Shown here piece after piece: positions 52,530 to 64,000 of a stretch of DNA of 64,000 nt; position 1 is the first letter of the stretch; each line of letters starts with the position of its first letter. The position numbers were made by a program, and so were the translations under genes. Origin of the DNA: Eledone cirrhosa. Taxonomy: Eukaryota. The notes beneath the pieces were generated by a model. The model made no database searches, had not been told where the DNA came from, and worked only from the letters and a program-made list of their open reading frames with translations. The stretch is taken from the NCBI GenBank assembly GCA_964016885.1, contig OZ024753.1, positions 34,224,001-34,288,000 of the forward strand, given 5' to 3'.

Positions 52530-52794
52530 GTAGGTGATTAGGTGTGAAAGAGTTTCCATTTACATAATTCATTTGTAACTCTTTCTGTATATATATATAT
52601 TGATGTTGTCGCCACTTCTATTATTGATTCATTGATTTATTGATCTATATGTAAGCTGATATCCTATGTGAATAAACTCTGATGATACCGGTGTTGAGCC
52701 TATTCCTGATAGTCAAAGTATAAAATCATAAGAGAATTGTACACAAAAATTCTTTCTTCTTAAGAAAATTCTAATATATATATATATTATATAC

Positions 52795-54124
52795 TGTTCT
52801 TAGCCCTCTCCTGTTCATCATAGTCCTGCAGGCAATAACGGAGGAGTTTAAGACCGGATGCCCATGGGAACTCCTGTATGCTGATGACCTCGCACTTATA
52901 GCTGAATCTATGGTAGAACTAGAGAAGAAATTCCAAACTTGGAAGCAGGGACTAGAAAGAAAGGGTCTCAAAGTCAACATGACAAAGACTAAGGTCCTTG
53001 TAAGTAGACGAGAAAACAACCCAGATCCCCTCAGGGAAATGGCCTTGCTCAGTATGTAGGAAAGGTGTAGGTAGGAACTCCATTCTCTGCTTCAAATGTA
53101 AACAATGGGTACATAAGAGATGTAGTGGGATCTCAGGAAGCTTAATTAAGAATGTAGGCTTCACATGCAGCAGCTGTACTGGGGCAGCAAACAGCCACAG
53201 GAAACAAGTACCACCAATCTCTGGGAGGGCTCTGTAGAGATAGTAGACAGCTTCTGCTACCTAGGTGACCGAATTAGCAGCGGAGGTGGGTGTTCAGAAA
53301 GTACAATAACTAGGGTAAGAGCGGGATGGAAGAAGTTCAGGGAACTACTACCACTGCTAGCTGCAAAAGGCTTCTCCCTCAGAATGAAAGGCAGACTGTA
53401 TGATGCGTGTATCCGAACAGCAATGTTACATGGTAGTGAGACCTGGGTGCTGAAGGTGGAAGACTTACATAGATGAGAGAAACGAAGCCTGCATGCTCCG
53501 ATGGATGTGTAATAGTAATATACGCGAACGACAAATCATAAATGAATTGAGAGACTGAGCATAAGAGGAATCAAATGCTGTGTGCAGGAGAGGCGGTTGC
53601 GTTGGTAAGGACATGTGATGCGTACGAAAGATGACAGCTGCATAAAAAGGTGCAGAGCACTAGAAGCCGATGGAAACCGCAGAGTGGGGAGACCCAAGAT
53701 GACTTGGGATGAGGTGATAAAAGCCGACCTTACCCAATTACACCTCTCAAAGGCGATGACACACGACCGTGACTTCTGGTGTGACGCAGTAATACAGAGT
53801 ACCCAACCTTCCATGGGTACAAGCTGAAGCATATAGACAATATGCCCCCACACCCTCTCACTGGAAGGTGGTCGTGGAGGTGCCACGGCAAAAAAGCACC
53901 CAGTCCACACTGTAAAGTGGACGTGTAGGTGCCACGAAAAAGCACCCAGCACTCACTGTAAATGAGGTTGATGTTAGGAAGAGCATCCAGCTGTAGAAAT
54001 CAAACCAAATCAGTTCCTGTATGAGAAAGGCATGGTCAGCCGACCAGACACTGCCCACAACAGGACAACCCGTCTAACCCATGCTAGCATGGAAGAACGG
54101 ACGTAAAACGGTGATGATGATGAT
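52795..54124 (+). mobile_element. RTE-clade LINE, 5'-truncated young copy
   Basis: VLSPLLFIIVLQA...CPWELLYADDLAL, FCYLGDRISSGGG, LYDACIRTAMLHGSETW, RRLRW.GHV; 3' UTR ending (GAT)n; inserted in (TA)n. Confidence 0.92.
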
Positions 54125-54245
54125 ATATATGTGTGTAAATGAAGTAATTCCGTCGGAAAGGTCCAGGAAAAAAGAGTGCTCTATGTAGGTTACAGAGCTT
54201 AATAGTTATGTAATAAACAACATAAGATAATTATCTTATGTTGTT

Positions 54246-54292
<47 letters not shown>

Positions 54293-54567
54293 TAGTAAAT
54301 GACTAAGTTTTTTAAAAGACAGTGCAATGCTGTAGAAAATATGAAGGGCACTTGATGGTAAATAAAACAAAACAAAGTAATGTTTTACCCAGTGTATTAT
54401 GAGATGATATTTCAGGGTTACTACCTGCTTTTCAGATGCGAAGTTGAAACAGTCCAAGATAACTCAAGTGAACAATTTGAGCTTTCTTCTTTTACATATT
54501 GTGATACATCTTTTTGGTCTGTAGTCAGAAAGGAACCTCACATGGCAGCACATGAATCTCTTGAAAC

Positions 54568-54672
54568 TACGGGGTGTCTAAAAAAAATGGATACACATTT
54601 CAACAGCATTCTAATAAATATTGCCTGTACAGGTAATCAAAGTGTGTATACATTTTTTTTGGATACCCTGTA
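54568..54672. mobile_element. Tc1/mariner-type MITE, second copy
   Basis: TA-CGGGGTGTCTAAAAA...TTTTTGGATACCCTG-TA; shares ttcaacagcattctaataaatatt with the 48843 copy. Confidence 0.75.
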
Positions 54673-54952
54673 CTACGGCAAAAAATAAAGATTGTTTGGA
54701 TGAGAATGATCTGGAGATAAAAGCAATATTGTTGAATAAGAATGCCATCAGGGTGCAAATGTTGGAAAAAGGTTTTTTATGAGAAAGACAATGTCAACTT
54801 GAAAAAGTTTTTAAAAGGTTAAGGCTGATGATCAGCAGGCATTGTGTTGATTGCAAGAGAATTGGTGGTCAAAACTTGCATATGATAGGCAGATAAAAGC
54901 TGATCTAAGGAATTCTATAACTTGATGAAACTAGTCTTTGGACTAAGTTCCA

Positions 54953-55178
54953 TTAACCTTTTAGCATTTAAACCAGCTGCATCCAGCCAGAATTCTCTCA
55001 CTTCTTTCTGTTCAAACCGGCTGTAACTGGCCACTCGTACTGATGTTAAAGTATTGTTTTCAAAATAGATAATATCAAAATCTCAGATTTGATATTTTGT
55101 GATTTAATTATGTGAGGTAAAGCCTTTAACATGAATATATAATGTAAATATAAAGTAATGTAACTGCTAAAGGGTTAA
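54953..55178. mobile_element. piggyBac-type MITE (copy 7)
   Basis: TTAA-CCTTTTAGCATTTA...CTAAAGGG-TTAA. Confidence 0.85.
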
Positions 55179-55369
55179 GATAACACTATTCAGATCCAAG
55201 GATGGCTCAAATCTACTAACAGACATGGATAAAAGGGGGAACATTTTAATGATTTATCAAATAGAGACTCTCAGGTTAACCAAAACATTATTAAAGATAG
55301 AACCACAGTCCTTTTCTCTTAATGACCCTCCTAGCCCCGAAGAAGTATATATTAGCATCAAGAAACTTT

Positions 55370-56340
55370 TTATACAGCTGTCATCCTTTATACACACCTC
55401 ATATCCATATCAACACAATCTCCTCTCCTCCACACTGACTCTAACCTCTTTTATATCCAATTTCTCTCTCTCAGTTCATTGATGCTTTGCTGTTCATGCA
55501 CACTCCTATTACACATCCATCAAAGCCTGCAAGCTTCATTTCTTTCCAATCTTTGTAGGTCATCTGCACACAATGTCCAAGTTTTGATGTCCGTACACAA
55601 GCATCATACAATGTGCTTTTTATTTTGAGGGGAAAACCTTTTGTAGCTAGCAGAAGTAGTAGCTCCATGAACGTTTTCCATTCCATTCTCACTCTGGCTA
55701 CTGTACTTTCAGAACACTCACCTCCACTGCCCTTGCTGCTTACTCCTTCTGTGTATCAACCACCTATAAAACTTATGTTCTTTGCTAGCTTGCCTGAATG
55801 GCTCTCCCAACGCATCTCCCTCAGCATCCTCTGGAGAAATGCCTTCTCTATTCTGTCTGCCGGAGCCGTAGTGTAGGTGGGCCCCCGTCTGCTCATAATA
55901 GTGAGAGATGGGGAGAGCGGGAGAGACTGTGGCAGTGAGAGTTTGGTTCCTTTGTGTTTGGACCTGGTGTATATGTCTCATGGACATTACCTATTTCTGT
56001 GATAGTTCACACACACACACATACAATACATATACATGGGTAGTGGAGAGAAAGAATTGTTGGGTCTTCCAACCACCTTTTACTCTAGAAATTTCATCGT
56101 GTGCTCTTTTGGTTAATACCTGCTACATCTCTTGTGTACCCAGAGTTTGCATATGGGTCATATGATGGAATTTCTACCCACGCCTTTCCTGCACACAGAA
56201 CAAGTCCATTTCCTTTCTACTTACTAGGACTTCAGTATTTGTCAAGTTTACTTTAAGGCTTTTTGCTTCCGGGTTTGGAATTTCTTCTCTAATTCTGCCA
56301 GAGATTCAGCTATGAGGGTTAGATCATCTGCATGACCAGG
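55370..56340 (-). mobile_element. Old RTE LINE fragment interrupted by an unrelated insert (about 55745-56160)
   Basis: LLLLATKGFPLKIKSTLYDACVRT; upstream RT part resumes at about 56165-56340. Confidence 0.7.
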
Positions 56341-59300
56341 GTTGAGCTGGGGATGAACAACAATAACAACTGAAGTTTCATGCATGTACCACATGAACGT
56401 AAAGCAACTGTTTTTTTTTTGTTTGTTTGTTTGTTTTTTTGCAGCCTTGTTTTTACTATGAATTTATTATATCCACGTGTTAAATCGGTTGCATGGAAGC
56501 GAGTGCGCACATGCATACTGGTAGCTGGCTTGTACAAACAAATCGCCACTCGAATACATATTTATAGAAACGTGTGTCTATGAGAGAGAGAGAGAGAGAG
56601 AGACAAACAAACAGAGAGAGAGAGAGGAGGATATAGGGAGAGGGGGGAAAAGGGAAGTATATATGTATAGAGAGATTTCTCTGTTCAATCATGTTGTGTA
56701 TGAGGTGGAACTGTCGTTTAAATAGATTGATGGTAATAGCTATATTAGTGGCTGAGGTGTAAACACAATGGGTAAATTAGTTTTTAAACAGCATACGTTG
56801 TAGTGTTGTAAGCAATCTCCTGTCTTATAGAGTCCGCGACTGGGTTTCTAATCTCGGTTGATATCTACACTATCTAATTGATTAATACTAGCTGATTAAT
56901 TTATTATATATCAACATATCGTATATACCTTTATATAGATCTCTATTATGAACCACGCTATGTCAGCGGTACTGCTAATTAATCCAAGCCGGTCAAGTTC
57001 ACGATTATGCAATTTAGTACTACAAGCCGATGTCTCATACCCCCCCCCCCAAAAAAAAAAAACAAATAAAAAAAAACCCTTATAAACTATAGTTTATTCT
57101 TGTCTCAGTATCGAGTAAATGCCACCAGTGACGGGATAAAAATCCAGAAAAAACATGTTTGGCATTCTCACCCGACTTACTGAGATAGTTGTGACATGAT
57201 CACAGCTTAGAATATTCATAACGAGACTCCTATATGTTTAAACATATCGTGTATGACTTCGTATGCACCTCTACTATCCAATTGATCCAATACAAGACCA
57301 TTGGATTGGCAGAATCACTAGAGTTCAAGACAAAATGCTTAGCGGTATTTAGTTAAGGCTCTTTACGTAAGGAGTTTCGAATCCTGTCGATGTTATCTGT
57401 GTCTTTTATTATTCTCAGGTCGATAAAATAAAGTACCAGCCAAGTTCTGGGGTCGATTTAATATTCTTCTACAAAGCATCATAGATGTAAATTGAAATTA
57501 TAAAAGATGACTAAGACTTCATTTATGCTGATAAACGCCTCTCGACAAAACACAGGCGTAGAAAATATCGAATTTCCTTTCCCGCTTGTAAATCTGAGGC
57601 CTTCGCGCCTCCTAGTCAATGAAATCGATAAATTATGTCCAGACAGGAAGAGACGCAAGATGTGGTAAGAGTGGCGGTTGAAAGAGGTATATATTAATTT
57701 ATTAAATCACATCTAAGCAGCTTAAGTCATCATTATGACACTCGACAGCAATAAAGTAGCAGTAGCAGAAAAATTTTGATTATATCTCTGATATCCTTCC
57801 ATACTTGAGATTTCTGACCGTTAATCCACAGGACCATTTGTTGTCACTGTTCATATTTAATAGGTTTAGTTTAGTCTCCCATGAGATGAGTGTGAATCTC
57901 AAGGGTTTATTGGATGTTTTAGTGATAAGAGGTCCCGGTCCTATTATAAACCACTTTACCATTGTTCGTTAGTTGTACCTCAGAAATTGTTAAATCACTG
58001 AACTTAGTGCCTTCTAGTTGTTGTTCACTAGCTCTAGATAAACCCAGATCGAGCAGACCTGTCTTTTTTTTTTAGGTACGTCTGGAACTACATTATTCCA
58101 CATATCATTTCCTTATTTAAAGCGTTAGGGTGTAATTTGAGGGAGATTTGGCTGTCATTTCCTGCAGATCAAACGACCAAGTAGAGGTCGTACGCCATCC
58201 ACTTGTTGTCTAGCCCAAGTCATCCCTGATCAAGTAGACCTATTATGGAGATATTGTTTTTTCTTCATAGTGTATTTAGGAGAACATTATTGCAATGTTC
58301 TTTTCCGATTTTTGTTTTCAGGATGTGATCTGGAGGTGATTTGGTTACTATTTCTAGCAAGTCGCGCACCCACTTTAATTATCTCTTCGAAGATGGAGGC
58401 AGGCAAGGAAATTATTAAGTCCTCTTTTGCCATCAAAAGCAAAAACAAACCATCTAAGAGAACCTTTACGTGGTCACTCGACCTGCTAGAAATAGCAGTG
58501 AAATCACCTTCAAATGACACTCCACTGCCTAAAAAAAAAATGGTTTTTGTCGAGAAAAATTCAGTTGTTCGACCAGCTGAAAGCCCAACGAGTGAATTAA
58601 TGTGTAAGTGGTCGAGTATTCCACACACTTGTGTACCCTATAACGTAATTCATAAGCTGAATCATTGACATAATATGACAGGACGGAACATTTATATTAC
58701 CTGTATCATCTATTTGAAGGTCTTCCACATAGCTTCTGTCTACCCAAAGCTTTATATATATATATATATATATACTGTATTTTCCGTATGCTAAGGCGCA
58801 TTTCTTTTCCCGAAAATGCCCTTAAAAATCACCCTGCGTCTGAGCATTGAAAGGTCAAGTTTTAGAAAGGAGTTTGCCAACTCTCATGAACCCCAGTTAT
58901 GAGATACAGGCAATCATGAACCCTAAACATACAATATAAGCCTACAATTACCATTTATATGCAATAAATACAACATAAGCCTACAATTAGCATTTGTATG
59001 TAATAAATACCGTACATCACCTATCTATCATACCATATATAGTTTTACGAGGTATTTCTGATGTAGATAGGTATAACATTGTGTTAGACCATTGAAAATT
59101 TAATTAATACTAATTACAAATATTTAATAATAGGTCCAAAATGCGATAGTTTGTTGTGACAGAAAGAAAAATGACACTGTAGAGTCGGTGACTTGAATTT
59201 GCTAGTACGGTAAGCTATTAAATCCTTAAATATTTTTTTCCTCCAAAAAAATACCCAACTAATTATAGTGTACGTCTTACCACTTGTAGCGTCTCAGCAT

Positions 59301-59833
59301 ATAAAACGATATGTATATAGCCATGTATTTGTATATTTATTTATATATAAATAAATGGATTCAGTTGTTTGATCAACAGAACGGCTTACTCGATAAATTA
59401 ATGTGTAAGTGACTGAATGTTCCGTAGAGACATGTAGCTTTAACGTAATTCTCAGACAGAAGGTTGGCCCTTTAATTAAAGGTAAACTCCATCTGACAAG
59501 CTTCCAAGCAGTTCCTGTCGACCCAATTTCATTCACAAGGCTCGGGAGTCAACATATGATTACATATAATGTATTCCTAGATACTTCTAACAGTCTGCTG
59601 TAACCCTTTTAATTGTACCTGCTTGTTTAGAGCTAAACAACAAGACCTTGTTATGAAATCTTAAGAAATAGTAAAGCACTGGACTAAACATTTTTTAATT
59701 TTATATTTTACTCAGGAAGGGAAGGGCAATGTCTGATTATTTTCAGAGCCACTGAGTCTGGTAGGAGGCTGACCATTCCATTTCTCCCTCAAGCATATCT
59801 TGTTTAGAATAGCGAGGGATTTTTGATTTGTAG

Positions 59834-60180
59834 GGAAGGCACATGGCTTAGTGGTTAGAACATTGGAGTTACAATCGCAAGATTGTGGATTCGATTCCCA
59901 GACCAGGTGGAGCATTGTGACCTTGAACAAGACACTTTATTTCATGTTGCTCCAGTTCACTTAGCTGTAGAAATGAGTTATGACGTCTCTGGAACCAAGT
60001 TCTATCGGCCATTACCTTTACCTTTCCCTTGGACAACATCGTTGACATGGAGATGGGAGACTAGTATACATAGGTGATTGTTGGTCTTCCACAAAAACAC
60101 CTAGTCTGGGATTGTCTCTCGGAGTGGAACTTTCTAGGTGAAAAATCCATGGTCATTTGTGACCGAAGGAGGTCTTTACT
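59834..60180 (+). mobile_element. Second SINE type with a different 3' part
   Basis: Head and body similar to 51871-52010. Confidence 0.7.
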
Positions 60181-61031
60181 AATTTGTAATCCCCACTTTC
60201 CTTTCTCACAAGCCTTTGCTTTTCTATGACCATTTACCCCTTCCTTCTCTTCCAGTGCTGCAGTTTGGGCATTGCTATTCTAGATGATAAAATACATTTT
60301 ATCATCTAGCCTCAATAAGATTAGCTGGACAGTGTGGTAATGATGGCGATATACTTCTTATAGTGCAAACATTGATTTCTTTTATCAAAGATGTAATTTT
60401 CTTATTGATAGATATTAAGCAAAACTTATAAATTTTCTATTTTTGGTTGCTGCAGAATTTGTAGACTTTGATTTTGTAACAAACACCATTACTATTTGTT
60501 TATATATGGAATGTACTGAAGTTTATTATGTACAAGGGGTGAGTGTCATAACTAGCTTGGTAGCTTACTGTTAAGAAATATGAATAAAAATAGAAGCCAT
60601 AATAATCATTATTGTTTAACGTCCACTTTTCCTGTTAGTGAGTTTAGGACGAGTTTTCAAAGATCATGTCAGTACTAAAGCAGGTTTACTGACCTCCCAG
60701 ACAGGCCAGGAGGTTGTGTCTCTTTTACATATAGTCCCATGCTCAACCTAGTGCATTTTATTGTGGCACCAACACTTGGGAGGTTGTCATGCTTTGACGT
60801 CAACTGAAGGTTCCTTCCAAACCTTTTTTCCAATTCCAACCTACTCGTCCCCTCTATCTATCTTATTTCTCATTCTTTCTTCTGATGAAGGACTAGCGTC
60901 CGATACGTTAAGACCCTCTTCCTGCTATATCAAGCGTTAACCTAATATATCACTTCCATATACTGTACCGATTGTGTTGTTATTTCTGCTTACCTTTTAC
61001 ATATATATATATATATATATATATATAGTCC

Positions 61032-61068
61032 GAGCTGAAGATCCGCATAAGGTGAAACAATTGTTCTC
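61032..61068 (+). ncRNA. Candidate minimal type I hammerhead ribozyme
   Basis: GAG-CTGAAGA-T-CC(GCATAA)GG-T-GAA-ACAATTGT-T-CTC; palindromic stem III, short stems I and II. Confidence 0.55.
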
Positions 61069-61324
61069 TGTATGGTGAACTAACTGTTGTGTTACTACTT
61101 CTATATATATATATGTATATATTATAAAGAGCAAGGAATCAGTAATGTATCAAACCACAATTTATTAACATATTACATATGTTTCAATGTATGTAATATG
61201 TTAATAAATTGTGGTTTGATGTATTCCTGATTCCTTGTTCTTTATAATAGTATACTCTGCTCTGCACGAGCATCAAATGCTCAATCGGCATATCACCTAC
61301 GGATGCATTTACCTGCAACCCTAC

Positions 61325-61364
<40 letters not shown>

Positions 61365-61459
61365 AGAAATGTTAGCTATCGCCGTATTTTGATTAAAGAA
61401 ATTATTTAGCCTGATAGTGGGGTTAAGAACCCTCGGAGAAATGGAAAAAGATGAGTATT

Positions 61460-61530
61460 GACGTACATGGGAGTTGAACCTGCATCTTTGGTTATCCGGA
61501 CCACTGTGCTACCATTTACACCAACACATC
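61460..61530 (-). pseudogene. tRNA-like sequence (decayed tRNA or SINE head)
   Basis: 71 nt; A box TGGTGTAAATGG, B box GGTTCAACTCC, D arm GTGT/GCAC, wobble-rich acceptor stem; T stem broken and no U33. Confidence 0.5.
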
Positions 61531-62140
61531 ACCTACCTTTTTCCATTCAAATTAGAAGCTATAAACTTAGCGACTCTAATGTCAAGTAAGAATATTTTCA
61601 AAACAGCGAGTGGATTTGAAATTATTATATATATATATATATATATCAACTTATATATATATATATATATATATATTTAAAATAAACACATGAAATAATC
61701 ACAGGGGATAATTTGTAAAGTGTGTAAGCACACATAGCTAGGTAGGTAACTAATTAATGTTTAACTAGAGCTTCAAATATTACCTTTTAAAAAATGATTT
61801 TTTAAAATGTAATATTTGAAGTTCTAGTTAAACTTACCTAGTTACCTACCTAGCTATGTCTGATGACACTTTACAAATTATACTCTGTGATTGTTTCATG
61901 TGTTTATTTTAAATATATATATATATATATCAATCAATTTCTAGTTGATATAAAATACTCGGATCTATTCATTGGAATCTTTGAGCTTATTCTACGGTGG
62001 ATATGGCGCATGTCTCGGACATGACTCCCTTAATTTAATTTAATTAAATTAATTTTGGATATATATATATATATATATATATATATCGTTTCTGAATTTG
62101 TTTAGCAAGATTCTTTATCTGAAATCGTGTGTTGAAACCG

Positions 62141-62685
62141 ATATTGTTATACTTTGGGAGGGTCATGTTGCCAATAAGAAACACACGCACCAGTTGCTTT
62201 CACTTCAATTTAATTTAATATATATTTATAAATTTACAAATTTATAAATTTCTGGTTGGTTGGTTGGTTCCACAACCAGATAGTTGTTTATATATATATA
62301 GTCATAGTTCTTTCGTCACACACTCTGTGACCTCTTCAGTGACTGGGGATTTCTTTCTTCGTTTCTGTGCCTTTCCTTTCTTCTATCCTACGCCATTTTG
62401 TTTGTGTGTGGGTTGCGTGCTCAGTTTGCGCATGCGCCACATCCGGGTGTCTGTGTGTGTTTGTGTTCATTTTTCTATTTTTTTATTTTTCTATTTATAT
62501 TTGTGTGTGACGAAAGAACTATGACTATATATATATAAACAACTATCTGGTTGTGGAACCAACCAACCAACCAGAAATTTATAAATTTGTAAATTTATAA
62601 ATATATATTAAATTAAATTGAAGTGAAAGCAACTGGTGCGTGTGTTTCTTATTGGCAACATGACCCTCCCAAAGTATAACAATAT
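62141..62685. repeat. Long inverted repeat (about 183-bp arms, about 180-bp spacer)
   Basis: 62141-62323 appears to be an exact reverse complement of 62503-62685. Confidence 0.92.
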
Positions 62686-63762
62686 ATATATATATATACG
62701 TGGGAAAGTAAAAATCGGAGAAGAGACCGTTAAAACATGTTTATTTAAAATATCACCTACGTACGTGATATTTTAAATAAACATGTTTTAACGGTCTCTT
62801 CTCCGATTTTTACTTTCCCACGTGCTTAGGCTCTGCTAACTCTCTAGCCCACTAAATATTAACACTTCGAATATTTAATACTGCCGGCACTAGTATCGAG
62901 CACCTTTGGCATACGCTACTTGGCAAATAACTATATGTATCACCTATCCCCCCTTTTTTTCTCTTTCTCGATACGTAAATACTATATATATATATATATA
63001 TATATATTTGTTACAAATGCCATTTTGAGTAATTCCGTCCAATTTATTTGTCAATTGATTGAAATACCATGTATTTCATGAGATATATTGTCACAGAAGA
63101 GTAAAATACAGTTTAGGTTTGTACTAACATATGGGCCAATAAAGATCATATTTTTAAACATCTTACATATTAACACAGATAAAAAAACACTACTTTTTTT
63201 GTTCAAGAAGCCATCTCTTTTTATTCAAGTTAAGCTCTATTGAATTTATTATGACAAAGCAAGAGTCACCACCTACTACAAACAATCCTATTGCATAAAT
63301 TATCATATATTCAATATTTAGTTTGCTGTGTGTATCTGGTTTAGATTAGGTACATTTGCATGTATCCTTGCATGTCATAAGAAGTAACTGTAGGAGTTGG
63401 CACCACAAACAATACCCAGTTGTAAAACATTGCCCCATAAATGACACCATGATAATTATTCAACCTGTCATGGGGCCAGCAAGGCTAACCCCCTGCTTTA
63501 GTTGGGAAAATGGTTTTAAAACACTTGTATGTCTGTCTATGTGTATTTGATACTTAGTTGCGTTCTCTGATGTACGTCTTCTCGCAAGTTTTAGTTCAAT
63601 TGCCTCAGATTATATTAATCTGCTAAGGATTAGGATTAAATATATTTCTGTTTTGTTGACTTGAACATTTAATTCATCTTCACTTTGTCAACTCACGTAA
63701 GCTCTCTTCTTCTGTTATGGCAATGTTCTGGTATCTGTTGAATTATTTCCTCTTTATATATT

Positions 63763-63976
63763 TTAACCCTTTAGCATTTACATTACTCTATGTTTACTAT
63801 TATATTTTCACACTAAAGGCTTTACCTCGCATAATATCAAATGTGAGATTTTGATATTATTTATTTTGGGAACAATATCTTAACATAAGCATGAGCAGCT
63901 GGTTACAGCCAGTTTTAGTAGAAAGAGGTGAGAGAATTCTTGCCGGATATGGCCGGTTTAAATGCTAAAGGGTTAA
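63763..63976. mobile_element. piggyBac-type MITE (copy 8, reverse)
   Basis: TTAA-CCCTTTAGCATTTA...TAAATGCTAAAGGG-TTAA. Confidence 0.88.
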
Positions 63977-64000
63977 ATGAATACATTGCATTTCTAGTCT

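Noticed and set aside
58270-58668. Overlapping 132-aa and 113-aa ORFs
   Set aside because: Composed of decayed repeat fragments (gatttggctg..atttct motifs recurring nearby); no recognisable protein
61460-61530. Functional tRNA gene
   Set aside because: T stem is mismatched, U33 is absent and a GGA anticodon with a short variable arm is atypical; kept only as a tRNA-like pseudogene
61855-61900. CTGATGA within a palindrome arm as another hammerhead
   Set aside because: No GAAA box or stem III follows

Overview
AT-rich, repeat-dense eukaryotic (animal) genomic DNA; the SINE/RTE-LINE families and (TA)n density suggest an octopod cephalopod (inference from recalled repeat families, not tested). 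Two spliced genes converge tail-to-tail. The first is ALYREF/THOC4 on the minus strand (6 coding exons, 37471->21423, 287 aa, all splice phases consistent), with a YY1 + ZNF143-type promoter and a candidate in-frame 39-nt cassette exon in intron 1. The second is a 5-exon, 635-aa plus-strand gene (12568-17835) with no domain I recognise. The rest is transposon-derived: an internally deleted hAT transposase, CRE-clade retrotransposon pieces, an RTE-like LINE with a twin-priming-type 5' inversion, many RTE copies, tRNA-derived SINEs, 8 copies of a piggyBac-type MITE, Tc1/pogo-type MITEs and minisatellites. The most unusual signal is a set of minimal hammerhead-ribozyme-like cores (best at 17124-17181 and 61032-61068) together with small (TA)n-embedded fold-back palindromes, two of which turn at what looks like the hammerhead cleavage half-site, suggesting Penelope/retrozyme-like elements. 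No prokaryotic systems or CRISPR arrays are present. Repeat boundaries were read by eye and are approximate.
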